A stretch of 64,000 nt of DNA from Nitrososphaeraceae archaeon. GTDB taxonomy: Archaea > Thermoproteota > Nitrososphaeria > Nitrososphaerales > Nitrososphaeraceae. The stretch is taken from the NCBI GenBank assembly GCA_035250975.1, contig DATFEP010000012.1:1-64000 (forward strand), written 5' to 3'. The notes below the pieces were generated by a model that worked only from the letters and a program-made list of their open reading frames with translations, was not told the origin of the DNA and made no database searches. The position numbers were made by a program, and so were the translations under genes. This document shows, piece by piece, positions 52,577-63,196 of this stretch (the first letter of the stretch is position 1; each line of letters starts with the position of its first letter).

Positions 52577-53683
52577 CTATTTCCGAAGCAATGTACTATC
52601 TGGATCGGGACAAACTATGATTTTACTATTCCTGCCATATTTTGACAAGAAATTCTCCAGAACTTCCTTAACATTGTTAAAGGATGTAAGACCAAGTTTT
52701 TTACGTGTATAATAAAAAGGTAGTGACGAAACAATTCCAAGATTATACTCTTCCCGTAAACATTTAAGAAATAGTAGATGTTCCAGTCCATTTATATAAT
52801 TACCTTTTTTGATTTCATTCATGGATAGCCTTCCCTCGATATACATTTTTAATGCTCCTTCCCCAATACCGCCGCTACTTTCAGATAACAGTACAGCGGA
52901 TCCATTTTTTCTAAGTAAGGGTATAATATTCCAGAGAAAATTCAATGAATTGGTTAGAGTGAGATGATTCTCATATTCATATCCTGAGCTAGCAATGATT
53001 GCCCTATTTTCTCCATCATATAATGTGACCATGGAATTTAAGCTTGAAATAGAATCCTGAAAACTAGAGATAGTATTACCATAATGAATACCCACGATAC
53101 CTGAATTATAGGAAACCAGATCTATTGAGTATATATTTAATTTATTACAAAATTCTAAAGCCATTTTAAGTGGTTCGCCGACTTCACCTGGTTTTGGAAA
53201 TTCCATTGAAGAAGATGAAAAAAGTTGATTCATCAAATTATTGCCTGAATTTCTCATTAGAATAGAAGGAGTTCCATGGAATCCAAACAATGGATCGTGA
53301 TATACTCTGGAAATAAAAACAACCTGATTATATTTTTTAATTTTGTCAAGGAGATCCTGTTTTTCTATTTGTATAATTGGTTTTTTGTAATTAGAAAAAT
53401 AAGTTCTAATTAGCTGAAATATTATTGGATAAGTGCCAATTTCTATCTCAAAATCTGGATTAGAATTAGAGATGTCAACCAATAATGAGAGTATTTTTAT
53501 TACCGCTTTAGAACCCGATAAAGGAAAGAATAGAGTTTTTTTTAAAAAATTGATATTTGTCAGAAAATTATATAAATATTCTTTAGCGAAAATCTGTGGT
53601 GTAGGTACAAAGTGACTTAAATTTTCTTGTTTGATATCAAGAACTACGTTGGTAGTTCCGTAGCCAAGCCATATCTCGGGCAT
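52577..53683 (-). CDS. Divergent LarA/DUF2088-like protein
   Basis: M.EIWL.YG start, LFGFHG, SSGY, G.G.vll.E...GIG patterns resemble the lactate racemase family. Confidence 0.6.
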   Translation of the reverse strand: MPEIWLGYGTTNVVLDIKQENLSHFVPTPQIFAKEYLYNFLTNINFLKKTLFFPLSGSKAVIKILSLLVDISNSNPDFEIEIGTYPIIFQLIRTYFSNYKKPIIQIEKQDLLDKIKKYNQVVFISRVYHDPLFGFHGTPSILMRNSGNNLMNQLFSSSSMEFPKPGEVGEPLKMALEFCNKLNIYSIDLVSYNSGIVGIHYGNTISSFQDSISSLNSMVTLYDGENRAIIASSGYEYENHLTLTNSLNFLWNIIPLLRKNGSAVLLSESSGGIGEGALKMYIEGRLSMNEIKKGNYINGLEHLLFLKCLREEYNLGIVSSLPFYYTRKKLGLTSFNNVKEVLENFLSKYGRNSKIIVCPDPDSTLLRK

Positions 53684-53734
53684 AACGAATTATCTAAAAG
53701 AGTTAAAATAAATCTCTTTCACATTAAGATTGAA

Positions 53735-54328
53735 ATGGAAGATTTTCGAATTAATTTTGCAACCTTCTTAATCCAGTCTAATTCGCTCAAATTCGGTAAA
53801 TTTAGACTTTCTAGCGGATTAGATAGTAGTTATTACGTAGACCTCAGAAATATACAGAGTCATCCATCAATCTTTCATCAAACGATAATTTCTTTAAGAG
53901 ACAAGATAATAGACGATAGATTGGAATTTGACTGTTTAGCTACAGTTCCAACATCAGGTTTAGTATTTACATCTGCATTAGCGTATGAAATCTTCAGACC
54001 TCTAATATACATAAGAAAGGAGTCAAAAGGTTACGGAGTTAACAATTTAATTGAAGGAAAATTGCAAGAGAATCAGAATGTCTTACTAATAGATGATGTA
54101 ATTACAACAGGACAGTCCTTAAAACATGCAATAAAGGTAATCAGAAATAATGGTGCAAAAGTGAACAATGTATTATCAATACTTTTTAGGGGAAATAATG
54201 AAATAATCGATAAATACACGCAAATAGATATTGACCTAAAGTTTTTAATAACGATGACAGAAATTTCAGATATCCTTTATTCTAGAAATTTAATAGACAG
54301 AGAAAAAAGAGAAGAGCTTAAAAAATAA
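53735..54328 (+). CDS. pyrE: Orotate phosphoribosyltransferase
   Basis: FG.FRLSSG..S.YYVDLR, IRKE.K.YG, PRPP motif LIDDVITTG; start set at ATG 53735. Confidence 0.93.
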   Translation: MEDFRINFATFLIQSNSLKFGKFRLSSGLDSSYYVDLRNIQSHPSIFHQTIISLRDKIIDDRLEFDCLATVPTSGLVFTSALAYEIFRPLIYIRKESKGYGVNNLIEGKLQENQNVLLIDDVITTGQSLKHAIKVIRNNGAKVNNVLSILFRGNNEIIDKYTQIDIDLKFLITMTEISDILYSRNLIDREKREELKK

Positions 54329-54343
54329 AAACGGCTTAAAGGA

Positions 54344-54907
54344 TCATCCCTCATAAATCATCAAGTTCTTCTCTTCAAGTAACGTATGCAAATTATGAAC
54401 AGCTCGATAAACTTCGGCTTCTTTTTTAGCCCCAGTGCACACTAATTTACCACTGGCAAACAGGAGTATAACGGTCTTTGGATCCAACATTCTGTGAATT
54501 AGTCCAGGAAATTGTTCAGGTTCATACATACTTCGTGGAAGTACACGGGCAGCGAGTTCTAAGTGGATTTTACCTCCTAGACTAGCTGATGCTACGATAT
54601 TTTGAATTTCTATAATAGGCTCATTTTCTATGTTAATACTTCCTTTTTTTAACTTTTGTACAACACTCTTTACTGCTTTGATAGCTTGATCTTCAGATTT
54701 AGCCCCAGTACAAACCATCTTTCCAGAGCTAAAGATCAAAGTGGCCGTTTTTGGTGATTTTAATCTAAAAACTAGTCCCGGAAATTGGTCAGGATGATAT
54801 TCTACATCCGGAAATATCTGAGTTATTTGGTTTAAATTGACAGTTTGATTAATTGTAGCAGACGCAACAACATTTTCGATACTTACAATGGGTTTTGTTT
54901 GCGGCAT
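54344..54907 (-). CDS. tbp: TATA-box binding protein
   Basis: Two repeats of NVVAS...Y.P.QFPGL...LIF.SGK.VCTGAK. Confidence 0.98.
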   Translation of the reverse strand: MPQTKPIVSIENVVASATINQTVNLNQITQIFPDVEYHPDQFPGLVFRLKSPKTATLIFSSGKMVCTGAKSEDQAIKAVKSVVQKLKKGSINIENEPIIEIQNIVASASLGGKIHLELAARVLPRSMYEPEQFPGLIHRMLDPKTVILLFASGKLVCTGAKKEAEVYRAVHNLHTLLEEKNLMIYEG

Positions 54908-55024
54908 ATTGGTATGCTTTCTGTAGACTATATAAATATATTATATAAACTTATACTAAAAAACGGAGTCTACTCATCATAAAAAGCAATTAATATATTT
55001 AGATATTGGAATCAACATTATAAA

Positions 55025-56410
55025 ATGTCGTTTAGAATTGATAGAGATTCCTTAGGTGAAATTGAAGTTCCTATAGATTCATACTATGGTCCTTTTACTT
55101 CTAGAGCATTAAAACAATACAAAGTTAGTGGGCAAAAATCGCATGTTAACTTGGTAAAAGCTTTTGCCATGATTAAACGGTCTGCAGCGATAGCAAATAT
55201 GGAATTGGATATTTTGGATAGAAAGATAGCACAAGCAATAATTCAGGCTTGTGACGAGATTTTATCAGGAAGACATATAGAGGAATTTGTGATAGAATCG
55301 ATTAATTCTGGAGCTGGAACAGCTTTTAATATGAATTCAAACGAGGTAATAGCTAATAGGGCATTGGAAATTCTTGGCAAAAAGAAGGGAGAATACAATG
55401 TTGTGAGTCCCAATGATCATGTGAACATGTCTCAATCCAGCAATGATACTTTTCCAACAGCCATGAATATTGCCATATTAATAAACATCAAAATTACAAT
55501 TGATTCGTTAGACAAGCTGATAGAATCATTAAGAAAAAAAGGAATAGAATTTGCAGAAATTATCAAAATAGGAAGAACACATTTAATGGATGCTATACCG
55601 GTGACACTAGGTGCGGAGTTTGATGAATATGTTTTTTCACTAGAAAAGGCAAAGGAAATGATAATAATAGCAAAACAAAAATTAGAATTTATCGGCTTAG
55701 GTGGAACGGCAGTCGGTACAGGGGCTAATTCACCAAGAGGATATAAAAATAAAGTCGTAAAAAATCTTTCAGAGTTATCAGGTTTTAACTTAAAATCTTC
55801 GGACAATCTGTTTTATTCATTACAAAGCAAATATGAAGTAGCAAATTGTTCATCTTCCTTAAGGAATCTAGCACTAGAAATTATCAAACTTGCTAATGAT
55901 TTAAGACTGATGGCTTCTGGACCTACAGCTGGTTTAGCTGAAATATTAATTCCAGCAGTTCATGCAGGTTCTTCGATAATGCCGGGGAAGGTAAATCCTT
56001 CGCTTGCAGAGTGCTTAAACATGATATGTTTTGATATAATTGGAAGAGACGTTTCAATTGCAATGGCTGCTCAGGCGGGACAATTTGAGTTAAATGTAAT
56101 GTTACCAGGAATGCTAAAAAACATTTTAGATGCTACAGATATGTTAATCAACTTTCTTCCAATATTTGCTTCCAATTTCATCGATGGAATACAAGCAAAT
56201 ACTAAAAAATTAAGGGATCAGATGGAAAATAGTCCAATATTGATAACTCTTTTAAATCCATACATCGGATATTTAAGGGCGGCTGAGATATACAAAGAAG
56301 CTTTAGAAACTAGACGAAGTATTCGAGAGTTAGTATTGGAAAAAAAGCTGATGAGTGAACATGAATTGAATAAAGCATTATCAGATGAAAAAATACTTGG
56401 GTTGGCATGA
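55025..56410 (+). CDS. Class II fumarate hydratase / aspartate ammonia-lyase family
   Basis: NMN.NEVIAN, SQSSND.FPT, GRTHLMDA, GSSIMPGKVNP. Confidence 0.92.
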   Translation: MSFRIDRDSLGEIEVPIDSYYGPFTSRALKQYKVSGQKSHVNLVKAFAMIKRSAAIANMELDILDRKIAQAIIQACDEILSGRHIEEFVIESINSGAGTAFNMNSNEVIANRALEILGKKKGEYNVVSPNDHVNMSQSSNDTFPTAMNIAILINIKITIDSLDKLIESLRKKGIEFAEIIKIGRTHLMDAIPVTLGAEFDEYVFSLEKAKEMIIIAKQKLEFIGLGGTAVGTGANSPRGYKNKVVKNLSELSGFNLKSSDNLFYSLQSKYEVANCSSSLRNLALEIIKLANDLRLMASGPTAGLAEILIPAVHAGSSIMPGKVNPSLAECLNMICFDIIGRDVSIAMAAQAGQFELNVMLPGMLKNILDATDMLINFLPIFASNFIDGIQANTKKLRDQMENSPILITLLNPYIGYLRAAEIYKEALETRRSIRELVLEKKLMSEHELNKALSDEKILGLA

Positions 56411-56516
56411 TCGTTTATGGAATAAATATAGAATTTTGAGTTGAAATGCTTTTTCTTTCGAAAAGATATTCATAATGTTTAAGTCATACTCCGTACAATG
56501 ATAGAGTAATAAAAAT

Positions 56517-56660
56517 TTGGACAGTGCATATATCGCACTTAATAATGAACAAAACAATAAAGAAATCGATAAAGAACTGATAGACAATCTGAGAATATAT
56601 CTAGGATTTGACGATGAAGACGATTTGAGGAGATATTTAAAACACTATTTTGTAGAGTAA
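56517..56660 (+). CDS. Putative 47-aa microprotein (below ORF-track cutoff)
   Basis: TTG start; MDSAYIALNNEQNNKEIDKELIDNLRIYLGFDDEDDLRRYLKHYFVE; T-rich tract downstream. Confidence 0.45.
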   Translation: MDSAYIALNNEQNNKEIDKELIDNLRIYLGFDDEDDLRRYLKHYFVE

Positions 56661-56886
56661 GTAACCGTATGTAGATGAGCTTTTTTTATATGATGAATTG
56701 CTTTTTTTTGAAATCATCTTTCTGCTAAATTAGAATATAACAATTATTGTATAAAATAGTAAGATTTTTTTTATACTAATCAGATCTAGAAAAAAAATCT
56801 ATAAGTTTTCAATGATAGATAGTTTCTATTATTTTCACATTAGATAATTACTAATTTCTTATATTGGATTAAATATAACATAATCT

Positions 56887-57039
56887 ATGCATCCAGATGA
56901 TTTGAATAGTATTTGGTATTGCGAGGATTGTCATGATAGTTTCTTTTTTAATTCAGATGTGGATGATCATAAAACAAAAACTGGTCACAGTAAAATACGA
57001 AAAATTAATTCCATTCAAGGTAGAATGATACAGGAATAA
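56887..57039 (+). CDS. 50-aa C2H2 zinc-finger microprotein (below ORF-track cutoff)
   Basis: MHPDDLNSIWYCEDCHDSFFFNSDVDDHKTKTGHSKIRKINSIQGRMIQE, giving C-x2-C-x12-H-x5-H. Confidence 0.75.
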   Translation: MHPDDLNSIWYCEDCHDSFFFNSDVDDHKTKTGHSKIRKINSIQGRMIQE

Positions 57040-58113
57040 AATGATATTAAATAAAGGTATGAATTTTCTCTGACAAATCTCCTTTGTAGTAATTACATGG
57101 GTTTGTGCTTTCTTAGTTACCTTTTTTAACGGATGTTAGACGATCGATGATTGTAAAATCAATGACAAAAGTGATAAACTAAAGAAATAAAGATTTAGTC
57201 TCCTTGTGGATAAATAAACTCAGTCATGTAATAACACCAATGTCAATAAAGGATTCTTCAATCCCAAAAATCTTGATTGGTAAAATAAATTCTTTGATAA
57301 TATTTAAATCATTTAATCCTTTTTATTTTAAGGATTTTTTACATCATATATGTAAAAAGTCACCTAGGTAATATTTAATATTGTTTAGACCTCAATTTCC
57401 ACCACACAGTAAATCCGAAATAGATAGTTATGTAGTATAATTTTTACAAAAGGTTTAAAATCTTTTTAATGGCATGAACCAGTTTAATCCAAAATTTTTT
57501 AGTTTCGGTAGTTATATCATTGGAAATTTTCTTGTAATACTATATCCTCAAAATCAATTGAGATTGAAAATCGATTTTATTGTTTCAACACACTGGTAAC
57601 ATTATTAATTTGAACAACTGATTTGGATTGTCATAGCGTATCTAATTTAGGCATATAACAGTTTTTCATTCAAGTCATGAACAGATGCTTCAAACATCAC
57701 TCTAGTTACTATATTTTCAAATTGAATAAATGCAAAATATTTATCAATTGACTTCTGATAAACGAAAATAAGTCAGATATATCAATACGTTCTTAATCTA
57801 AGGAAACCTATTTTCTTTTCATGTACACTTTGTATTTTACATTCTATCAAATAGTATGACTTATAGCTTGTTAAAGATGGTGGACAGGATAAAAAAACGC
57901 AACAAATACTAATGCTTTTGTCTTATTTATTATTTTATTATATTTGCAAGATTATTTACTATGATATTGGAGCAAATATTATGATATTATAAATATATTT
58001 AAGAACACCAGATAGACAGAGAAGTTATTCATATATGTTCTAACCGAGTAATATATAAATTATAATGAATTACTAAATCAATGTTTTTTAACAAATTTTC
58101 TTTGGACAATAAT

Positions 58114-59913
58114 TCACAAGAGTTTTTCTAATTGTGTGATTTTTTCTGCTACTAGGTCAAAACCTTGTTGCCAAAAGCTTTTATTTGAAATATTAATTCC
58201 GATTTCGTTTAGTAAATGTTCCGGCTTCTTTGACCCACCAGCTGAAAGTATTTTTAGATATTTTGGAGTAAAAGATTTTCCTTCCTTTTTATATAGATTA
58301 AATAACGAAAGTACCAATAAGTTGCCAAATGAATAGGCGTAACAATAGAACGGAGTATGGTAAAAATGAGGAATATAAAGCCATTCCCACTGAAATTCTT
58401 CAGAAATGTCCATACAAGATCCAAATTGTTTAGTCAGATTTTGATGATATATATTTGAAAGCTCGTCTATAGTTGAATTATTTTTGGTTACGCTGTTATG
58501 CGCTTCTATTTCAAAAATTGTAAAAAATGATTGACGCATAATAGTGGCATACATGTCATCTATTTGTTCTGATAACAAGATGCTTTTTTCTGAATATTCC
58601 GCCTCTGCTACTAATTTTTCATTCAAAAGCATTTCAGCAAATACAGATGCAGTTTCAGCTAATGGTAACGGGGCATGGGATACAGTTATGGGCAAATTTT
58701 TAGAGCAAATACTGTGTATAGCGTGACCAAATTCATGAGCCATTGTTGAAACATCACGTGATCGACCATCAAAATTCAACAATACATAAGGAGTTATTTT
58801 TGGCGTGATAGTAGAACAAAATGCACCTCCCATTTTTCCTTTTCTTATTTCTGAATCTACATGGTTATTAGTAAAAAGCAGTGCAACATACTCACGAAAT
58901 CTAGGATCGAATGATTCGAATACATTAAGAACTAGATTAACGGCCTGTTCATACGTATATTTTTTGACTTTTGTATTTGTAACAAGCGGAGCGTAAAGAT
59001 GATATCTGGTTAATTTTTTCATTCCCAACATTTTTGCTTTTAATTTGAAATATTTTTGAAATATCAGAGAATTTTGTTTACATGTATGTAGTAAAGTATT
59101 TATGATCTCGTCACCAATATCATTAGACATATTCCTTACAGAGATCGGTGAATCAAATCCCCTCACTTTGATGTTTTCATCATGCCATTGAATTATCAGA
59201 TTGGTATAAATTTCCCCAAGAATTCCACTATATTTTTTGTATACTGTAAATAATGCTTTATATGCTGCTTCTCTTTCTTCAGGTTTTGCACTTCTAACAA
59301 GAGACATTAGTTTTTCTTTATTATCATATTTTTTTTTTTGAATCCTATCATTTTTCTTAATTACGGTTACAAATTCAAAATCATTTGTCATTCTATCATA
59401 GATTTTTACAAGGGCGCCCGGTCCCGTAACGTCAAAAATATTTATGAGTTTTTCTTCTTTTTCAGATAAAGTATATTTACCCATTAGTCTTTTATGTTGA
59501 AGAAATTCTCTATACACAGGATCAATATTTTGGATCAATTTTTTAGCCACATTTTCATTCAATATATTTTTAAACCATATATCAAAAATGAGCAATTTAT
59601 TGGAGATATCTGTTCCCAATAATTCCATTTCGGTAACTAAAGCAGAATATTTATTTGAGTTAGTATCAGTACAATATTGTAAATGTGCGTGCCCCATTAC
59701 TCTATTAAGTTTTTCTGAGATATTTTCTACCAGATTCATGATATTTGAAAATTTTTGTATTGTAATTGAATTGTTTAGAAATTTCTTCGATTTTTCAAAT
59801 TTCTTAACATCATTACTTATCTGTTCTAAATAAATTTGTGATGTATTTTTTTTATTATCAATAAGGTCGTTTAACCTCCACCTACCTAGACGAGGTTCTT
59901 CTGGTATTACCAT
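58114..59913 (-). CDS. pepF: Oligoendopeptidase F (M3B)
   Basis: W.L.DL, GK.GGAFC, HEFGH, AETAS.F.E, IPHFY.TPFY.YAY. Confidence 0.92.
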   Translation of the reverse strand: MVIPEEPRLGRWRLNDLIDNKKNTSQIYLEQISNDVKKFEKSKKFLNNSITIQKFSNIMNLVENISEKLNRVMGHAHLQYCTDTNSNKYSALVTEMELLGTDISNKLLIFDIWFKNILNENVAKKLIQNIDPVYREFLQHKRLMGKYTLSEKEEKLINIFDVTGPGALVKIYDRMTNDFEFVTVIKKNDRIQKKKYDNKEKLMSLVRSAKPEEREAAYKALFTVYKKYSGILGEIYTNLIIQWHDENIKVRGFDSPISVRNMSNDIGDEIINTLLHTCKQNSLIFQKYFKLKAKMLGMKKLTRYHLYAPLVTNTKVKKYTYEQAVNLVLNVFESFDPRFREYVALLFTNNHVDSEIRKGKMGGAFCSTITPKITPYVLLNFDGRSRDVSTMAHEFGHAIHSICSKNLPITVSHAPLPLAETASVFAEMLLNEKLVAEAEYSEKSILLSEQIDDMYATIMRQSFFTIFEIEAHNSVTKNNSTIDELSNIYHQNLTKQFGSCMDISEEFQWEWLYIPHFYHTPFYCYAYSFGNLLVLSLFNLYKKEGKSFTPKYLKILSAGGSKKPEHLLNEIGINISNKSFWQQGFDLVAEKITQLEKLL

Positions 59914-60651
59914 AAATTAAACATATTTTCAAGTTTTAAACTTATATTAATAGTTATCAATTAATTGGTTGAAAGAATAATATTAAGAAAAAATTTTGGT
60001 TAAAACAATTTATAGCCACGTAATATATTGTCTAGTATTCAGTATTTATATATATAAAATATATCCAAATTAATTACTGTTAGAGGAAACTTCTTATTCA
60101 GTCTTTGCCCCGACAGCTAATTCCAATTCTGATATTTACCTCACATTTTTTTCTTTCTTTTTCAAAATCAAAAGAAAATCGAGATATTACAATTGTGGAA
60201 AGATTTCTGTAAATTTAGCCAATAGATTTAAGAATGTTGAAAGGTTCTAAAAATAACCTAGGAGAATTTTTATGTGTGGTATTTTCTAGAATTCTCAGAT
60301 TTTAATTTGATCATTAAATATCAAATACGCAATCAACTAAGATTACAATAATATTCTGAAGAGTGGTTTTGATAGTAAAATTTTTTTGTTAATCTATTAC
60401 AATTCTACAACCCCAAAAATAATATTATGTGAAATGTTTGATGGATATTAAAAATAATACCAAAAAACATCAAAGACAAAATTATAAAAAATGAATATCA
60501 TTATTCATAAACAAATTCTTGAGGTGCAAGATGTCTTTTGACCCGAACACTTTAAACTGGAATTTCTCTTTTTTAAGGAACTGAATTATCTAATAAATCA
60601 AGTTTTTTCTCCTGTGCATATTTGTTAAACAGAATTATCTACAACTAGAAT

Positions 60652-61080
60652 TCAAGAATTATGATAAACACTAGACAACACATTCTTAAGTTTTGGAACA
60701 GAATCAAAAAAATCCATATCCTGTGGCCGTATCCACCTATACTCTGAATTTTCCCAATTAAGTTTTATGATGTTTGTCATGGATAAAAAAAGAAAAGGAT
60801 GGATAATTAGTTTTATATGATTATCAGATAAAAATAAAGACAATGTTTCTCCTTGTTGTAATAGTGTGAGAAATTTTTTTTCGATACCTGTTTCCTCGAA
60901 AATTTCTCGATATGCGCAAGATAAGGGGTCTTCGTTTTCTATAAACCCACTTATTCCTGCCCATTTATTCTTCATAGTTTTTACGTTGTTACTTCTCTTC
61001 AATAACAGGATCTTTTTTTCATGATATAAAAAAACGGTGACTACATCATGTGCTGAAGATATCTCTGAACACCAATACAT
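60652..61080 (-). CDS. NUDIX hydrolase
   Basis: Nudix box GFIE.ED...AYREIFEETGI; start uncertain. Confidence 0.88.
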   Translation of the reverse strand: MYWCSEISSAHDVVTVFLYHEKKILLLKRSNNVKTMKNKWAGISGFIENEDPLSCAYREIFEETGIEKKFLTLLQQGETLSLFLSDNHIKLIIHPFLFLSMTNIIKLNWENSEYRWIRPQDMDFFDSVPKLKNVLSSVYHNS

Positions 61081-61120
61081 TGATAAAAAAAAGCTATTTA
61101 TTAATTCACAAGTTTTTAAA

Positions 61121-61933
61121 CTATATTTTTAGAATATCTAGACCAGTATCTTTGACTAAATCAAAAATTCTTTGTTTTTCATTGCCTAATCCTTTATTAT
61201 CTAATATTATATGAGTTATTTTTTCGTGACATTTTGTAATCATCTGATTCAGCAAGTCTTCATTAACATTACATAGATTATATTTTGAGGAAATATGACC
61301 CATTGCTATATCAGAATTTATTATTATATTATTAAATTTTGATCCATAGTGAGTTCCTCCAAGACCTATTCCTATTTTTTTTTGATGATTTATTGGATTT
61401 GAAATAACAGATAATATGCAATCACAAATTAAAGATGCAATAGTGATGTTACCCCATTCCTTTTCTGTAGAACCGATCTCTACAAACATTATAGGTTTTT
61501 TTATCGAAGTGGGACCGTGATGTGTTGCCTCGATTGTGATTGCAAAGGGGTATAATTTTTCTTTAATATCATCGAGATGTTGTAAATAGATTTTTTGCAA
61601 AGACGGATATGAAATCCCCAATTCATATGAATTACCACCATACCGATTATTTTCAAAGTTACCGGTAAAATGACATGTCAATGATGGAAATTTACTATTT
61701 GATTGATGTTTAGAGAGAAATATAAAAACTTTTGAATTAGGAAATTTGTTGTCAAGATTATCAGTAAAAAGCAATGAATTCTTTGATTTATACAATAAAA
61801 TGTTCTTGTATAAATTTGAAACGAGTATATCATTTTGTTGTGTTGACACGAATTTTTTTTCCTTTTCTAAATATATACTCATTGATTTACTGGCAGGATC
61901 AGATTCTGAAACTACTATAGTAATAGACATCAT
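61121..61933 (-). CDS. dtdA: D-aminoacyl-tRNA deacylase (archaeal DTD2)
   Basis: DPAS, FLSKH, H.TGN, EATHHGPT, FVEIGS, GGTHY; start set at MMSITI. Confidence 0.92.
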   Translation of the reverse strand: MMSITIVVSESDPASKSMSIYLEKEKKFVSTQQNDILVSNLYKNILLYKSKNSLLFTDNLDNKFPNSKVFIFLSKHQSNSKFPSLTCHFTGNFENNRYGGNSYELGISYPSLQKIYLQHLDDIKEKLYPFAITIEATHHGPTSIKKPIMFVEIGSTEKEWGNITIASLICDCILSVISNPINHQKKIGIGLGGTHYGSKFNNIIINSDIAMGHISSKYNLCNVNEDLLNQMITKCHEKITHIILDNKGLGNEKQRIFDLVKDTGLDILKI

Positions 61934-62064
61934 AATAACAAATTTTTTTCGATAATAATATTGTTTGAAATCTAATCTTTTACTTTTATTTGTGTAATAT
62001 ACTATTATTAACAAAAATAAAATGGCACCATAACGTTTAACATTAACAAGAAATAATTTTAAAT

Positions 62065-62262
62065 ATGAATAAGCGGTTAGAAAGTGGATCTGAAGATTCT
62101 GAAAATTCTGAAATTCTTACCTTGCCCAACATCAAATATTTAGTTGAAGGGTTGGAAGCTTTACTTCAAACAAATCTAGACGGAGAAAAACGATCTGGTG
62201 TCATAAATCTAAGAGATAGATTGATCAGCATAACTAGCTCTATAATAAATGACTTTAATTGA
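62065..62262 (+). CDS. Hypothetical small protein
   Basis: 65-aa ORF, amphipathic helical composition. Confidence 0.45.
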   Translation: MNKRLESGSEDSENSEILTLPNIKYLVEGLEALLQTNLDGEKRSGVINLRDRLISITSSIINDFN

Positions 62263-62316
62263 TTCATACACATTAATGAACAGGCTAAAAGAATGGAAAA
62301 TCTATGTTATCGTTTA

Positions 62317-62763
62317 TTATTGTGATTTAATTTCTCTTATATTTTCTCGTAGGTGAGATAAGGACCTTATCTGACCACCGTTTACTTTTTTGTATAATGA
62401 CCAGAATATGTCACGATTTATATCGTTCCTACTTTTGAGTATTTTCAAATGATATCTCATAGTTCGTATTTTCTTCACGTAACTTTCTTTCTTACCGATT
62501 CTAGCACCCTTCTTTCCTTTTTTAGACCCAGTTCCGGTACCACGTTTTTTCTTCACTTGTAATTTCGCTTTGGCTCCTGCCCTTGATGTACCTTTTGTTT
62601 TTGCTGTCCAAATCACACCATTCTTAATTAAAGATCGTATATCTTCTCTAGTGATCGAATCTGCAATATCATCTAGCTTGTCAGGTTCAAATCGAACACG
62701 ATTTGCGCCTACATTAAGCATTCTAGCGACCAATTCTCTTTTCTTTTTGAGATTTACAACCAT
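62317..62763 (-). CDS. rpl19e: 50S ribosomal protein L19e
   Basis: KRELVA..L.VG..RV, ITREDIR.LI..G.I, G.GSKKGKKGAR. Confidence 0.96.
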   Translation of the reverse strand: MVVNLKKKRELVARMLNVGANRVRFEPDKLDDIADSITREDIRSLIKNGVIWTAKTKGTSRAGAKAKLQVKKKRGTGTGSKKGKKGARIGKKESYVKKIRTMRYHLKILKSRNDINRDIFWSLYKKVNGGQIRSLSHLRENIREIKSQ

Positions 62764-62767
62764 TTTT

Positions 62768-63196
62768 TTAGCTCTCCTGTTTCTTTGATTCAGGTGATTT
62801 TTTTATTCTAGAATGAGGTTTTCCTGGATTTAAAATCTTGATATTCAATTCTATTGATCTCGATATGATTTCTTTTCTTTTCAGTTTTCCCACTGTACGA
62901 GAAATCCTACCGGCCTCATTTTTCGGATTTAATTTTTCAAGATCATGAATATTACATACTAATTTATCTAAATACCCAGAAGGATGAAGTCCCCGAGAAA
63001 TTTTAGGTCCTCTATAACCAACCTTTACTAAAGGTGGTACACCTGAAACTTGTCTCCTCATCTTGTTATCCTTACCCTTTGGTTTTCTCCAATTCTGCGC
63101 AAGTCTATCATACCTCCAACTTTCTTGTCTAACAAATTTTGGTCTATGTTCTGATACTTTTTTTCTCTTTTCCAGCAGTTCTTTATTGATTACCAT
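62768..63196 (-). CDS. rpl32e: 50S ribosomal protein L32e
   Basis: PKFVRQES.RY, WRKPKG.DNKMR, RGLHPSG. Confidence 0.96.
   Translation of the reverse strand: MVINKELLEKRKKVSEHRPKFVRQESWRYDRLAQNWRKPKGKDNKMRRQVSGVPPLVKVGYRGPKISRGLHPSGYLDKLVCNIHDLEKLNPKNEAGRISRTVGKLKRKEIISRSIELNIKILNPGKPHSRIKKSPESKKQES

Noticed and set aside
53627-53734. N-terminal extension of PyrE overlapping the LarA-like gene
   Set aside because: Longest-ORF artefact; homology begins at ATG 53735
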